28,872 nucleotides of DNA from Elusimicrobiota bacterium (GCA_037137395.1 JBAXKK010000025.1:1-28872); one strand, 5' to 3'; positions 1 to 9,528 are shown, counted from the stretch's first letter. Notes: generated from the sequence alone by a model not told the origin. Made by a program: numbers and translations.

Positions 1-55
1 ACATCTAAATTGCTTTGCATCTAAACTGCTTTACATCTAAACTGCTTTGCATCTA
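1..55. repeat. 16-bp tandem repeat (RCATCTAAAYTGCTTT x3.4), truncated by the window edge
   Basis: acatctaaattgcttt / gcatctaaactgcttt / acatctaaactgcttt / gcatcta read directly; lies just downstream of ligA. Confidence 0.9.
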
Positions 56-65
56 TATCCCAAGG

Positions 66-2072
66 TTATTGACCAATCAGTTTGAGGAATTCTTCCTCGG
101 AAGGTATCGTCACGCCCAACTTTTTGGCTTTGCCGTGTTTTGAACCTGGATTCTCCCCCGCAACCACATACGAAGTTTTCGAGGAAACGCTTGAGGCTTC
201 TTTGCCGCCCAGTTCCCGCACCCGAAGCTCTGCCTCTTCGCGGGACATAGCCTTCATTTCACCAGTAAAAACAAAACTTTTGCCGGCCAGTTTGGAACCT
301 TTCGCCTTCTCTGGCTCTATCATGCTGACTCCGAGACTGTCCAGTTCCTGCGCCAGTTCGCGCACATGCTTTTCACTGAAAAAATCAATTATCGCCTTGG
401 CAATTACGGGGCCGATGTCGCTTACCCGGCTGAGGTCTTCAAGTCCGGCCCTCATCAGGGTATTCATACTTTTAAAATGCTCAGCCAGAACTCGGGCGCT
501 TTTCTCACCTATATGCGGTATCCCCAGAGCGTAGACCAGCCGGGAGAGCGGCTGCTTTTTGCTCGCCTCTATCTGCGTCAGAAGATTTGCGGCCTTTTTA
601 TCCTTAAAGAGTTCCAACGCCAGCAAGTCCTCCTTTTTCAATCGATAAATGTCGGAGAATTTGGCTACCAATTTCTTAGCCGTAAGTTGTTCCACTGACG
701 CTTCGCCAAGGCCGTCTATATTCATGGCATCTCTTGACGCGAAATGAAGCAGGCTTCTTTGTATCTGACTGGGGCAGGAGGGATTGAGGCATCGGTAGGC
801 CACAGCCTCCTCATCCTTAAAAACGCTAGAGCCGCAGGAGGGGCAGTGTATAGGCGGGAGGATATCCTTTTCATGCCCGGTCCGGGAATCCGCCACGACC
901 TTTAAAACTTTGGGAATGACCTCGCCTGCCCTTTCGATAATCACTTTATCACCCGCTTTAAGCCCTAGCCTTTTTATCTCATCAAAGTTATGCAGAGTGG
1001 AACTAGAGATGGTTACGCCTCCGCATTTTACCGGCTCCAGATTCGCCACCGGCGTGATGACGCCGGTGCGGCCGACAGAGAACCATACGTTTTTTACGGT
1101 AGTTGTCGCCTGCTGGGCGGGATATTTGAAAGCTATGGCCCAGCGCGGACTTTTAGAGGTAAACCCCAGCAGTTTCTGCGAACTGTAGGCGTTGACCTTC
1201 ACCACCAGGCCGTCTATTTCATAAGGGAGTGTAAATCGCTTTAAAGCGTATTCTTTATAAAGCTTTAGTACCTCGGAGGCGTCCTTGCATGGTTTTTTGC
1301 TGATGAGCGGAACCGGAAAACCAACTTTTCCGCAATACTCCAGATAATCCAAATGCGTTATAGGCTCAGCCACGCCTTCAAAATATCCGTAAGAATGCGC
1401 GAAAAATTTTAATTTCCTTTTGGCAGTTACTGCTGGATCTTTCTGACGGAGTGATCCGGCCGCGGCATTTCTGGGATTGGCGAACGGTTCCGCGCCTTGG
1501 TTCAATTGTTCGCCGCGGATGGATTCAAAATCCTTTTTGTCTATATAAACTTCTCCGCGGGCCTCAAAAAAAGCCGGTGGGGATTCCATATTCAGCTTGA
1601 GCGGCACGGCGCGGATGGTCCGCACGTTAAGAGAAACATCTTCTCCCGTCTCCCCGTCGCCTCTGGTAGAGGCCCGCGCGAAAACGCCGCGTTCGTATTC
1701 AATTGAACAGGAAAGGCCATCTATCTTTGGCTCCACGACCAAGTCGTACGGCGCCCCTTTAAGGCCGCTGCGCACCCGCTTATCCCAGTCCAGGAACTCC
1801 TCCTCGGAATAGGCATTATCAAGGGAAAGCATCGGTATCCTGTGGGCGACCGGGGCGAAAGCTACAGAGGGTTTCCCTCCCACACGGCGCGTGGGAGAGT
1901 CTGGAGTTATCAGGTCAGGGTGCGCGGCTTCAAGAACTTTAAGACGGCTTAGCAAAGCGTCGTATTCCCCGTCGGAGACGCGGGGGTTATCCATCACGTA
2001 ATAAAAATGGTCGTGCTGCCGGATCTCGCGCCGGAGACGGTCTATTTCTTCTCTGGGACCCTGACTGGTCAT
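66..2072 (-). CDS. ligA: NAD-dependent DNA ligase
   Basis: 668 aa; adenylation motif VEPKIDGLS, TRGDG..GEDV, NPRNAAAGSLRQ, OB fold VGRTG, zinc finger CPSC..C..C, HhH repeats, C-terminal BRCT (FVFTG...VSSKTSYVVAGE); ATGA overlap with the nusB stop. Confidence 0.98.
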   Translation of the reverse strand: MTSQGPREEIDRLRREIRQHDHFYYVMDNPRVSDGEYDALLSRLKVLEAAHPDLITPDSPTRRVGGKPSVAFAPVAHRIPMLSLDNAYSEEEFLDWDKRVRSGLKGAPYDLVVEPKIDGLSCSIEYERGVFARASTRGDGETGEDVSLNVRTIRAVPLKLNMESPPAFFEARGEVYIDKKDFESIRGEQLNQGAEPFANPRNAAAGSLRQKDPAVTAKRKLKFFAHSYGYFEGVAEPITHLDYLEYCGKVGFPVPLISKKPCKDASEVLKLYKEYALKRFTLPYEIDGLVVKVNAYSSQKLLGFTSKSPRWAIAFKYPAQQATTTVKNVWFSVGRTGVITPVANLEPVKCGGVTISSSTLHNFDEIKRLGLKAGDKVIIERAGEVIPKVLKVVADSRTGHEKDILPPIHCPSCGSSVFKDEEAVAYRCLNPSCPSQIQRSLLHFASRDAMNIDGLGEASVEQLTAKKLVAKFSDIYRLKKEDLLALELFKDKKAANLLTQIEASKKQPLSRLVYALGIPHIGEKSARVLAEHFKSMNTLMRAGLEDLSRVSDIGPVIAKAIIDFFSEKHVRELAQELDSLGVSMIEPEKAKGSKLAGKSFVFTGEMKAMSREEAELRVRELGGKEASSVSSKTSYVVAGENPGSKHGKAKKLGVTIPSEEEFLKLIGQ

Positions 2073-2491
2073 TTTGGAAGGTGAAGATTGTGTTGTTTCG
2101 CGATACTGTCCAGAACCCCGTTCACGAATTTCCCGGAATTCTCGGTGGAATACTTCTTAGCCAGTTCTATGGCCTCATCTATGATGACCGGGACGGGTGC
2201 GTCTTCCAGAAAGATCATCTCACAGACGGCGAGCCGCAGGATGCAGCGGTCGATAGCCGACATGCGCTCAAGCCCCCAGTTCTTACTGGTGGCCGTTATT
2301 ATCCCGTCAATTTTTTCGCGGTTGGTGATGGTGTCGGTAAAAAGGGTTTTGTAGAACTCAAAGACTTTCTCTTCCAGGGCGAATTCCTGCATCTGAAACA
2401 TGGCGAGTATGTCCTGCGTCTCCAATATCGAAACATCCGCCAGATAAAGCGACTGCAGGCACTGTTCGCGGGATAGTCTTCTTTTGCTCAT
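2069..2491 (-). CDS. nusB: Transcription antitermination factor NusB
   Basis: N-terminal RRLSRE..LQSLY, W.LERMSAIDRCILRLAVCEM, VIIDEAIELAKKYS...FVNGVLD; SD AAGGA upstream. Confidence 0.96.
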   Translation of the reverse strand: MSKRRLSREQCLQSLYLADVSILETQDILAMFQMQEFALEEKVFEFYKTLFTDTITNREKIDGIITATSKNWGLERMSAIDRCILRLAVCEMIFLEDAPVPVIIDEAIELAKKYSTENSGKFVNGVLDSIAKQHNLHLPK

Positions 2492-2618
2492 AATTCCTTC
2501 AAAGAACCTTTCAAATCACTTATATAATACAAAATTTTCACCCAGACTCGTTAAAAACCGTGACTAGCGGTAACTGAGAACCCAGTTTAGACTTACCGTG
2601 ACCGCTGTTGCGTTTGTT

Positions 2619-2706
2619 TTGCCGCGCTGTCTTGCTGCCGCGCTGCCGCTTCTGATTTGCGTTTGTTATGTATATGGTTTTTTGGTAAACTCTAGGCAGC
2701 GGGACA
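2619..2706. repeat. 8-bp-period array (ttgccgcg ctgtcttg ctgccgcg ctgccgct, 2619-2650) with a complementary arm ggcagcgggaca (2695-2706)
   Basis: Read directly; tgtcttgctgcc (2628-2639) pairs with 2695-2706 using two G-T pairs. Confidence 0.55.
2663..2691 (+). promoter_or_regulatory. Putative sigma70 promoter of the SPFH gene
   Basis: TTGTTA (2663-2668), 17-bp spacer, TAAACT (2686-2691) preceded by TGn (extended -10). Confidence 0.5.
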
Positions 2707-2754
2707 AGTCGCAGTTTCCCGCGCTAAAAATACAGGACGGTAAGGGAGGTTTCA

Positions 2755-3495
2755 ATGTTTATTGGCATGACCCCGATTATCATAATTGTTGTCGTAATAG
2801 TTTTCACAAGCATCAAGGTCCTCAATGAGTATGAAAGAGGAGTTATCTTGACGCTGGGACGCTTCACGGGCGTTAAAGGCCCGGGCCTTATATTCGTGTT
2901 CCCCGGCGTGCAGCAGATATTCCGGATGAGCACCCGCGTGGTAGTGCTGGATGTTCCTCCTCAGGATGTGATCACCCGGGATAATATCTCGGTTAAGGTC
3001 AACGCCGTTATTTATTTCAGAGTGGTCAATCCCCAGACCGCCGTTCTGAATGTAGAGAACTATATGTACGCAACCAGCCAGCTTGCTCAGACCACGCTCA
3101 GAAGCGTGCTCGGACAGCAGGAACTGGACGACCTTCTCGCCAACCGCGATAAGATCAATAAAAATCTCCAGGAGATACTGGATCTGCACACCGAACCCTG
3201 GGGCATAAAGATCTCCAGCGTGGAAGTAAAAAACGTGGACCTGCCGCAGGAAATGCAGCGCGCCATCGCAAAACAGGCTGAAGCCGAGCGCGAACGCCGA
3301 GCTAAGGTCATCCACGCCGAAGGCGAATTCCAGGCAGCCCAGAAGCTTTCCGACGCGGCCGCGATCATGGCAATAAACCCCGCCGCCATCCAGCTCAGGT
3401 ATCTGCAGACCCTGACCGAGATAGCGACCGACAATAACTCGACAACCATCTTCCCCGTGCCGATAGACATGATAAACATGTTCATGAAAAAATAG
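2755..3495 (+). CDS. SPFH/band 7 (stomatin-like, slipin) membrane protein
   Basis: N-terminal TM helix, [13 protein letters not shown]...[48 protein letters not shown]; strong SD GGAGG. Confidence 0.95.
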   Translation: MFIGMTPIIIIVVVIVFTSIKVLNEYERGVILTLGRFTGVKGPGLIFVFPGVQQIFRMSTRVVVLDVPPQDVITRDNISVKVNAVIYFRVVNPQTAVLNVENYMYATSQLAQTTLRSVLGQQELDDLLANRDKINKNLQEILDLHTEPWGIKISSVEVKNVDLPQEMQRAIAKQAEAERERRAKVIHAEGEFQAAQKLSDAAAIMAINPAAIQLRYLQTLTEIATDNNSTTIFPVPIDMINMFMKK

Positions 3496-3519
3496 GGAAG
3501 TGACGGATAACAAACGATT

Positions 3520-3554
3520 AAAAGGGAGCGGCGCTAAAACGCCGCTCCCTTTTT
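3520..3554 (+). terminator. Rho-independent terminator, likely bidirectional
   Basis: aaaagggagcggcg-ctaaaa-cgccgctcccttttt, perfect stem flanked by A and T tracts, just after the SPFH stop. Confidence 0.9.
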
Positions 3555-3576
3555 CATGTTTCGGTGCCTTGTCCGG

Positions 3577-3615
3577 CACTATCCACTACTCACTATCCAC
3601 TAACCACTATCCACT
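3577..3615. repeat. 7-bp tandem repeat CACTA(TC/CT/AC) x5.5
   Basis: cactatc cactact cactatc cactaac cactatc cact. Confidence 0.9.
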
Positions 3616-3620
3616 TTAGT

Positions 3621-3626
3621 TATAAT
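3621..3626 (+). promoter_or_regulatory. -10 box (TATAAT) 5 nt before the hemW ATG; probable leaderless promoter
   Basis: Perfect TATAAT; no SD between it and the start codon. Confidence 0.6.
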
Positions 3627-3631
3627 GCTAT

Positions 3632-4723
3632 ATGCCCGGTTTATACATCCATATACCTTTCTGTAGGCGCAAGTGCAACTATTGCGATTTCGCCTCCCTG
3701 GCTGGCAGAGATGAACTTATAGGCCCCTATCTCCAGGCTTTAAAAGCGGAGGCCGCGCGCTCAAAAACAATTTTCGCTCGGCCAACCACTCTTTATATAG
3801 GCGGCGGAACCCCCAGCCTGCTGGAGCCGGAGCAATTGATAACCCTTTTTTCGCTGGTGGAAGACACTTTCGGGCCTATAAAAGATCTGAAAGAAACGAC
3901 TTTTGAGGCAAACCCTGAAAGCCTGACACCTGAAAAAACCGGGCTGTTGAAGGCTGCCGGCGTCAGCAGGGTAAGTCTCGGGCTTCAGGCCTCGCAGGAC
4001 ACTCTTTTGGACCGATTGGGCCGCCTCGCGTCCTTTGATGATTTTCTGAAAGCCTTCAGACAATTAAGGCTGGCCGGTTTTGAAAACATCAACGTCGACC
4101 TGATGACCGGTCTGCCGGGCCAAAGCGAGGCGCATTTTCGTGAGACACTTGAACGGATATTGGCCCTACAACCGGAGCACTTGTCATTTTACGCCCTGGA
4201 AGTTCATGAAGGAACAGCTTTCGCAGCCGAAGGAGTTTGCGAGGCGCCGGAGTCAGCGGCAGACATGTTTGCGCTGGCTGGCCCGCTTATTGAAGCCGCC
4301 GGTTTCAACCATTACGAAATCTCCAATTTCGCCAGACCGGGCAGGGAGTCGCGCCACAATCTCAACTACTGGAATCAGGGCGATTATATTGGCCTTGGTG
4401 CCGCGGCGGCTTCGCACAACAGCGGCAAACGCTGGACCAATACAAAAAACCCGGAACTCTATATAAAAACCGCGCCCGGCGCCGAAGGCCCCGCGCTTGA
4501 ATCCTCAGAAACCCTCACCCCGGCCCAGCGCAGGGCGGAAAAGATAATTCTGGGCCTGCGAAAAACCGGCGGAATTGAATTACCGGACGATATATTTATA
4601 GAATCTAAAGAACGGATAAATAAACTGTCCGCGCAGGGCCTGATTGAAGTCTCAGGCCGGAATATAAAGATTACGAAAGAAGCGCTTTATATCTCCAACG
4701 CGGTTTTCCGGGAATTTGTGTAA
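3632..4723 (+). CDS. hemW: Radical SAM heme chaperone HemW (HemN-like)
   Basis: LYIHIPFCRRKCNYCDF (CxxxCxxC), YIGGGTPS, YEISNF, HNLNYW signature of HemW. Confidence 0.92.
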   Translation: MPGLYIHIPFCRRKCNYCDFASLAGRDELIGPYLQALKAEAARSKTIFARPTTLYIGGGTPSLLEPEQLITLFSLVEDTFGPIKDLKETTFEANPESLTPEKTGLLKAAGVSRVSLGLQASQDTLLDRLGRLASFDDFLKAFRQLRLAGFENINVDLMTGLPGQSEAHFRETLERILALQPEHLSFYALEVHEGTAFAAEGVCEAPESAADMFALAGPLIEAAGFNHYEISNFARPGRESRHNLNYWNQGDYIGLGAAAASHNSGKRWTNTKNPELYIKTAPGAEGPALESSETLTPAQRRAEKIILGLRKTGGIELPDDIFIESKERINKLSAQGLIEVSGRNIKITKEALYISNAVFREFV

Positions 4724-4724
4724 T

Positions 4725-4814
4725 AAGTTCAGGAGTTTTGGAGGTTGCAAGTTTATAAGTTTCAGAATCTTAAACTTCCTGACTCCGCCAAACTCTTCAG
4801 CCCGCTGACTCCCT
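4725..4814. repeat. 8-bp-period degenerate array with a loosely inverted right arm
   Basis: aagttcag gagttttg gaggttgc aagtttat aagtttca (4725-4764), then aaactt/gactcc/aaactc/gactcc units. Confidence 0.6.
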
Positions 4815-4825
4815 AAAGGATACCT

Positions 4826-7552
4826 ATGCTCCCCAAGGTTTATGATCCCAAACCGGTAGAGGACAAGTGGTCAGAACTCTGGCAAAAGGAGAAACTTTTT
4901 GTCTCCGCCGTGGACAAGAGCAAAAAAGCCTTTGTCGTAGTCATCCCCCCGCCCAATATCACCGGGGCTCTGCATATGGGCCACGCCCTCAACAATTCTC
5001 TGCAGGACTCGCTTATCCGCTATGAGCGCATGACCGGCAAGGAAGCCTACTGGGTGCCCGGCACGGACCACGGCGGGATAGCCACGCAGAATGTAATGGA
5101 AAAGATGCTCAGGGCCGAAGGTAAAACCAAGGAAGATCTGGGGCGGGAAAAATTTTTGGAGCGCATGTGGGCCTGGTACGGAGAATGCGGCGGGACTATC
5201 CTGAACCAGCTCAGAAAACTGGGCTGCGCCCTGGACACGAGCAAGGACAATGTCCGCTTCACCATGGACGAGGCGCGAGCCGGCTCCGTTTTTGAGGCTT
5301 TCAGAACCCTCTGGGAGAAAGGGCTGCTCTACCGCGACGAGCGCATGATAAACTGGTGCACCCGCTGCGAGACCGCGCTCTCAGATATAGAAGTTGAATA
5401 TGAAGAGGAGAAGTCAAAACTCTGGCATATCCACTACCCGCTTGAAGACGGCTCCAGAGGACTGATCGTGGCCACCACCCGCCCCGAAACTATGGTGGGA
5501 GACACGGCAGTGGCCGTAAATCCGGAAGACCCAAGATACAAAGCCCTTATCGGCAAAAAGCTTAAGCTCCCGCTCACTGACCGCTTCATCCCCGTAATAG
5601 GCGACGCCGAAGTTGACCTTGAGTTCGGCACCGGGGCTGTAAAGGTTACCCCCGCCCACGATCCGCTGGACTTTACGATAGGCCAGCGCCACGGACTTGA
5701 AACCATTCAGGTAATAGATTTTAACGGCAAAATGATAAATTGTCCCGAAAAATATAAAGGGAAAAGTGTGCAGGCAGCGCGCAAAGATGTCCTGGAAGAC
5801 CTTAAAGCCGGAGAATTTCTGGAGAAAGAGGAGCATTATAAGCACTCCGTTAATAAGTGTTATCGCTGCAACCAGCATATAGAGCCGCTGGTTTCGGAGC
5901 AGTGGTTCGTGCAGATGAAAGGTCTTGCAGCTGCAGCCATATCGGCGGCCGAGAAAGAGGAAGTCAAATTCTACCCCGCCTCTTGGAAAAAACCCTTTAT
6001 CGACTGGCTGAAAAACATTCAGGATTGGTGCGTTTCCCGACAGATTTGGTGGGGGCACCGAATACCCGTCTGGTATTGCCTTGATTGCGATAAGAATACC
6101 CTGCCCTATGTAGCGGGTTCGGCAGCCGCGAGAACAGGAGAAAGCGGCGTACTGCTGCCCGGTTCCAGGAAAGGCTCAAACCCGCTCCTGAGCATGAACA
6201 AGCCTGAGAAATGCCCCAAGTGCGGCGGGCACAATCTGATCCAGGACCCCGATGTACTGGATACCTGGTTCTCCTCGGCCCTCTGGCCCTTCTCTGTATT
6301 CGGCTGGCCGAAAAAAACCGAAGAATTGAATTATTACTATCCCACCTCGGTTATGGTGACCGGCTACGAAATCATCTACCTCTGGGTGGCCCGCATGGTC
6401 ATGAGCGGACTGGAGCACATGGGCCGCGTCCCCTTCAGCCACGTCTATGTGCACGGCATCGTGCGCGATAAACATGGCAAAAAAATGTCCAAGTCGCTCG
6501 GCAATGTTATAGATCCGCTGACCATGATAGATAAATACGGAACCGACGCCATGCGCTTCACCATCCTCAGCCAGGCAATCGGCGGCAAAGATATACCGTT
6601 CTCAGAGGAGGCTTTGGTCGGCGGCAGAAATTTTGTTAACAAAATATACAACATCTCCAGATTCATCCAGATGAATCTGCCGGAGACGCCCCGGGTGATG
6701 TCCGCGGTGCCGGCAGACCTGGAACTTGCAGATGAATGGATCCTTGAACGGTACAATAAAACCCTGGAAAAAGTCAGGGGTTCAATGACCGATTATGATA
6801 TCCCCGCGTCCGTGGGAGCGCTCTACTCTTTCCTCTGGGACGAGTTCTGTGACTGGTATCTGGAACTCGCCAAACCGCGCCTGGAAACCACGGACAAAGA
6901 CCGCGTTCTGGGTCTGCTCCTCCATGTCTTCGGCGGGACGCTGAAAGCCCTGCACCCGTTCATGCCCTATGTGACGGAAGAAATCTTCGCCAGTCTCAAG
7001 CCTTATCTGGGCTCCGATAAGCCTTTCCTTCTGAAGGAAACATACCCAGTCGGCGGCACTACGGGCGGCGTGAACGCTGACGCGGACATGAGAAAGATCA
7101 TGGACATCATCACACAGATACGAATGGTGCGCGCCCAACTTGAAATTTCCCCCGCAAAAAATATAAACGCGCTCATAACCTCCGCGAACGAAAAAGATCT
7201 GGAGCTGCTTAAAAAGCACCCCGGCTACATAACACGCCTGGCCAAAGCCGATAAACTGGATATCGCACACGGGTTGACCAAACCGCCGCACGCCGTCACC
7301 TCACTCTCGGGGCCTTTCAATATCTATGTTCCTGTCGACGGCGTGGTTGATCTGGAAAAAGAGCGCTCCCGAATAGCCAAAGAAACAGAAAAGCTGACGG
7401 CGGAACTATTCGCCGCCGACACCAGGCTTCAGAACGAAAATTTCGTCAACCATGCGCCTAAAGAAGAAATAGAAAAAATAACACTGCGTAAAGCCGACGC
7501 TGAAAGCAGAATAAACCGTCTCAGGGAAATTGCTAAGGACCTGGCTCTATGA
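4826..7552 (+). CDS. valS: Valine--tRNA ligase
   Basis: PPPNITGALHMGHAL (HIGH), GTDHGGIATQ, DWCVSRQIWWGHRIP, KMSKS, C-terminal coiled coil; SD AAGGA. Confidence 0.98.
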   Translation: MLPKVYDPKPVEDKWSELWQKEKLFVSAVDKSKKAFVVVIPPPNITGALHMGHALNNSLQDSLIRYERMTGKEAYWVPGTDHGGIATQNVMEKMLRAEGKTKEDLGREKFLERMWAWYGECGGTILNQLRKLGCALDTSKDNVRFTMDEARAGSVFEAFRTLWEKGLLYRDERMINWCTRCETALSDIEVEYEEEKSKLWHIHYPLEDGSRGLIVATTRPETMVGDTAVAVNPEDPRYKALIGKKLKLPLTDRFIPVIGDAEVDLEFGTGAVKVTPAHDPLDFTIGQRHGLETIQVIDFNGKMINCPEKYKGKSVQAARKDVLEDLKAGEFLEKEEHYKHSVNKCYRCNQHIEPLVSEQWFVQMKGLAAAAISAAEKEEVKFYPASWKKPFIDWLKNIQDWCVSRQIWWGHRIPVWYCLDCDKNTLPYVAGSAAARTGESGVLLPGSRKGSNPLLSMNKPEKCPKCGGHNLIQDPDVLDTWFSSALWPFSVFGWPKKTEELNYYYPTSVMVTGYEIIYLWVARMVMSGLEHMGRVPFSHVYVHGIVRDKHGKKMSKSLGNVIDPLTMIDKYGTDAMRFTILSQAIGGKDIPFSEEALVGGRNFVNKIYNISRFIQMNLPETPRVMSAVPADLELADEWILERYNKTLEKVRGSMTDYDIPASVGALYSFLWDEFCDWYLELAKPRLETTDKDRVLGLLLHVFGGTLKALHPFMPYVTEEIFASLKPYLGSDKPFLLKETYPVGGTTGGVNADADMRKIMDIITQIRMVRAQLEISPAKNINALITSANEKDLELLKKHPGYITRLAKADKLDIAHGLTKPPHAVTSLSGPFNIYVPVDGVVDLEKERSRIAKETEKLTAELFAADTRLQNENFVNHAPKEEIEKITLRKADAESRINRLREIAKDLAL

Positions 7553-7857
7553 TATCTCTGCGAAAATTTTGGATACGCCCGGACAGGGAAGAATACTTTT
7601 TGTGCGGGGTAATGGTGACTTGCGTTATAGGCGGGTTCGTCTCATCCTATTGGCATTTCTCCGACCGCCTGGCGGTAAGGCCAAACATAAAAATCCATCA
7701 GCGAAAGATCTCAAAGGCGCAGGAGTCCCAGAAACTGAAGGAATCCCAGTTCTACGCCCCTAAATTTCGCGTCGGCACCACGCAGTATTACAAACTGGAA
7801 GAAAAAAGCGCACTTCCCAGGATACCCGACCTCCCGGAGGTTGATAGTGGGAATTAA
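7549..7857 (+). CDS. Small hypothetical membrane protein (one TM helix)
   Basis: ATGA overlap with the valS stop (translational coupling); hydrophobic stretch YFLCGVMVTCVIGGFVSSYW. Confidence 0.6.
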   Translation: MISLRKFWIRPDREEYFLCGVMVTCVIGGFVSSYWHFSDRLAVRPNIKIHQRKISKAQESQKLKESQFYAPKFRVGTTQYYKLEEKSALPRIPDLPEVDSGN

Positions 7858-8470
7858 CCGTATTTTTTTAGCGATGGCGCTCGCGCTCCCGTTCTTGACC
7901 GCGGCTCTGCCGGCCGCGGCCCAGTACGACAGCGACGCAAAACAGCAGGCTTTCGACTACACGCCCCCGGACGAAGAGACCTCACAGGTTCTGAAGGAGA
8001 TTATTTCCGTGGATTACGAAGACGCGGAACTGATAAACGATTCTGTCAGAGGCGTATTTATGGTTTCCAAAAGCCGCTGGAAAAGCTGGGTGGCGCGGGC
8101 CGTATATCTTCTGATAATGGATATAGCTCTGCTGGTAGTACTACTATCCCTGCCAAGGAACGAGGAACACAATATCATTATAGCCTACACCCTCTCCGGG
8201 GCCAGCGCCACCCTGAGCTATTGGGTTTTCCTGTGCGCCTGCGTACTCATAAGCCTAAAATCTTCGACATGGCTGCTTATTATGCCGCTGTCCATGGTAA
8301 TGGCTGTGGTAACCTATTTCGTCCTTATGAAAATAAAGCGTTCGGATATATCATTGGCCGGACTCAGGGAATCCTTCCAGAAGATGAGCGACCTCGCAAA
8401 CGAGGACACCAGGCTGACATCGATAGAAGGCCAGCCGAGCGACTGGCCTAACCAGGACTTTATCAAATAA
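7847..8470 (+). CDS. Hypothetical membrane protein (signal peptide, acidic periplasmic segment, ~3 TM helices)
   Basis: ORF 7841-8470; GTG at 7847 sits 6 nt after SD GGAGG; signal peptide ending ..LPAAA; three hydrophobic segments. Confidence 0.75.
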   Translation: MGINRIFLAMALALPFLTAALPAAAQYDSDAKQQAFDYTPPDEETSQVLKEIISVDYEDAELINDSVRGVFMVSKSRWKSWVARAVYLLIMDIALLVVLLSLPRNEEHNIIIAYTLSGASATLSYWVFLCACVLISLKSSTWLLIMPLSMVMAVVTYFVLMKIKRSDISLAGLRESFQKMSDLANEDTRLTSIEGQPSDWPNQDFIK

Positions 8471-8473
8471 AAT

Positions 8474-9403
8474 TTAAAACTGCATCCAAAAACCAAAACG
8501 GTGAATATTGCCAAGATCGCCGAATGGCAGATACGCGTAATCCACTCCTAAACCAGCTACTTTAAGTCCGAAACCCAGGCTCAAGCCGACCTCGGGACCG
8601 AGGTTGACGGTGTCGTAGCCGAACTTATATCCGCCGCGAAGCGCGAAGGAATCGCGGAACCAGTATTCCGCCCCAAAAGCGGGATAGAACTTTTCATCCC
8701 TGAAATACTCGCCCAGTTCACCGGTGAGGTTAAGCCGCGGAGAGAACTTGTAAAGCATTCCGGCTTTAAGACTGAGGGGCAGCGGATCTGAGACGTCTTC
8801 AAATTTCATCCCGGTGCCAAGATTCTGCATCACCAGAGAAAAATTCATTTTATCAGTTGCGTGGTAAATCGCACCGGCGTCCGCCGCGAAGGCGTAAGCA
8901 TTATTATCGTCTATGGACGAGCGAATAAACTTGATCGTCACGCCAGCGTCCAGATTGTCCAGCGCGACCGGGAAGGCGTCCTTCTTGGCGTAGGCCAGAG
9001 AAATAGCCAGGTCGTTGGAATCAAAGGAGCCGATATCCGGGACAACGCCCGCGGAATCAGTATTAGAGCGCCTCTCTATGCCGGGAACATTCATCAGCGT
9101 CACGCCAAGCCCGAAGCGGTTGTCCGCGATTTTGCCGGCGTAAGAAAAGTTCCCCATCTTAGCATCCTGAAAATAGTTGGTGAAGTCCACGCCCGCTTCC
9201 CTGTTATCGAACTGTGCCAGACCGGCCGGATTAACGAAGACCGCGCCGGAATCGTTGGCCAGCGGGCTGAATGCCCCCGCCATAGCCACGGCTCTGGGGC
9301 TCATTGCCGCCTTCAGGAACGGGGCGGCGGTAGTACCGGCCCCGGAGGCGTAAGCGCCAGCCGGCAAAGCCAGCGCCAGCACCGAGAATAGTATTTTCTT
9401 CAT
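8474..9403 (-). CDS. PorV/PorQ-family (FadL-like, UPF0164) outer-membrane beta-barrel
   Basis: Signal peptide, then GAGTTAAPFLK...PRAVAMAGAF...DSGAVFVNPAGLA (family N-terminal signature), LRGGY, GLSLGFG...DYAYLPFGDLGNIHRF, terminal Phe. Confidence 0.88.
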   Translation of the reverse strand: MKKILFSVLALALPAGAYASGAGTTAAPFLKAAMSPRAVAMAGAFSPLANDSGAVFVNPAGLAQFDNREAGVDFTNYFQDAKMGNFSYAGKIADNRFGLGVTLMNVPGIERRSNTDSAGVVPDIGSFDSNDLAISLAYAKKDAFPVALDNLDAGVTIKFIRSSIDDNNAYAFAADAGAIYHATDKMNFSLVMQNLGTGMKFEDVSDPLPLSLKAGMLYKFSPRLNLTGELGEYFRDEKFYPAFGAEYWFRDSFALRGGYKFGYDTVNLGPEVGLSLGFGLKVAGLGVDYAYLPFGDLGNIHRFGFWMQF

Positions 9404-9441
9404 AAGTTACCTCTTCAGCAAAATATCCGTTAACCTTAACC

Positions 9442-9528
9442 CGAATCCTTTAGTCAGGATTCGCCCGGAACATGGCAGTTAACACACTATACTTAACTCC
9501 TCAACTTTTAAAACGCTTGTTACTGCCA
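9442..9528. repeat. Intergenic hairpin (9442-9463) and inverted repeat (9473-9484 / 9518-9528) enclosing 8-bp-period units
   Basis: cgaatcct-ttagtc-aggattcg; tggcagttaaca vs tgttactgcca; minus-strand aagttgag gagttaag resembles aagttcag gagttttg at 4725. Confidence 0.55.

Noticed and set aside
1..55. CRISPR array interpretation of the 16-bp repeats
   Set aside because: Units are directly adjacent with no unique spacers, are too short, and no cas genes are present
2560..2750. TPP riboswitch (ctgagaaccc) or 6S RNA
   Set aside because: Lacks the CCTGA...AGCGTAGGGA core of TPP; pairing is too sparse for a 6S rod with a central bubble
2598..2828. 76-aa hydrophobic ORF or nfeD remnant
   Set aside because: No SD, overlaps the SPFH gene by 74 nt and the predicted promoter; its hydrophobicity derives from the T/GC repeats; no NfeD motif
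2752..3579. 275-aa antisense ORF
   Set aside because: Shadow of the well-supported SPFH gene; it also runs through the terminator hairpin
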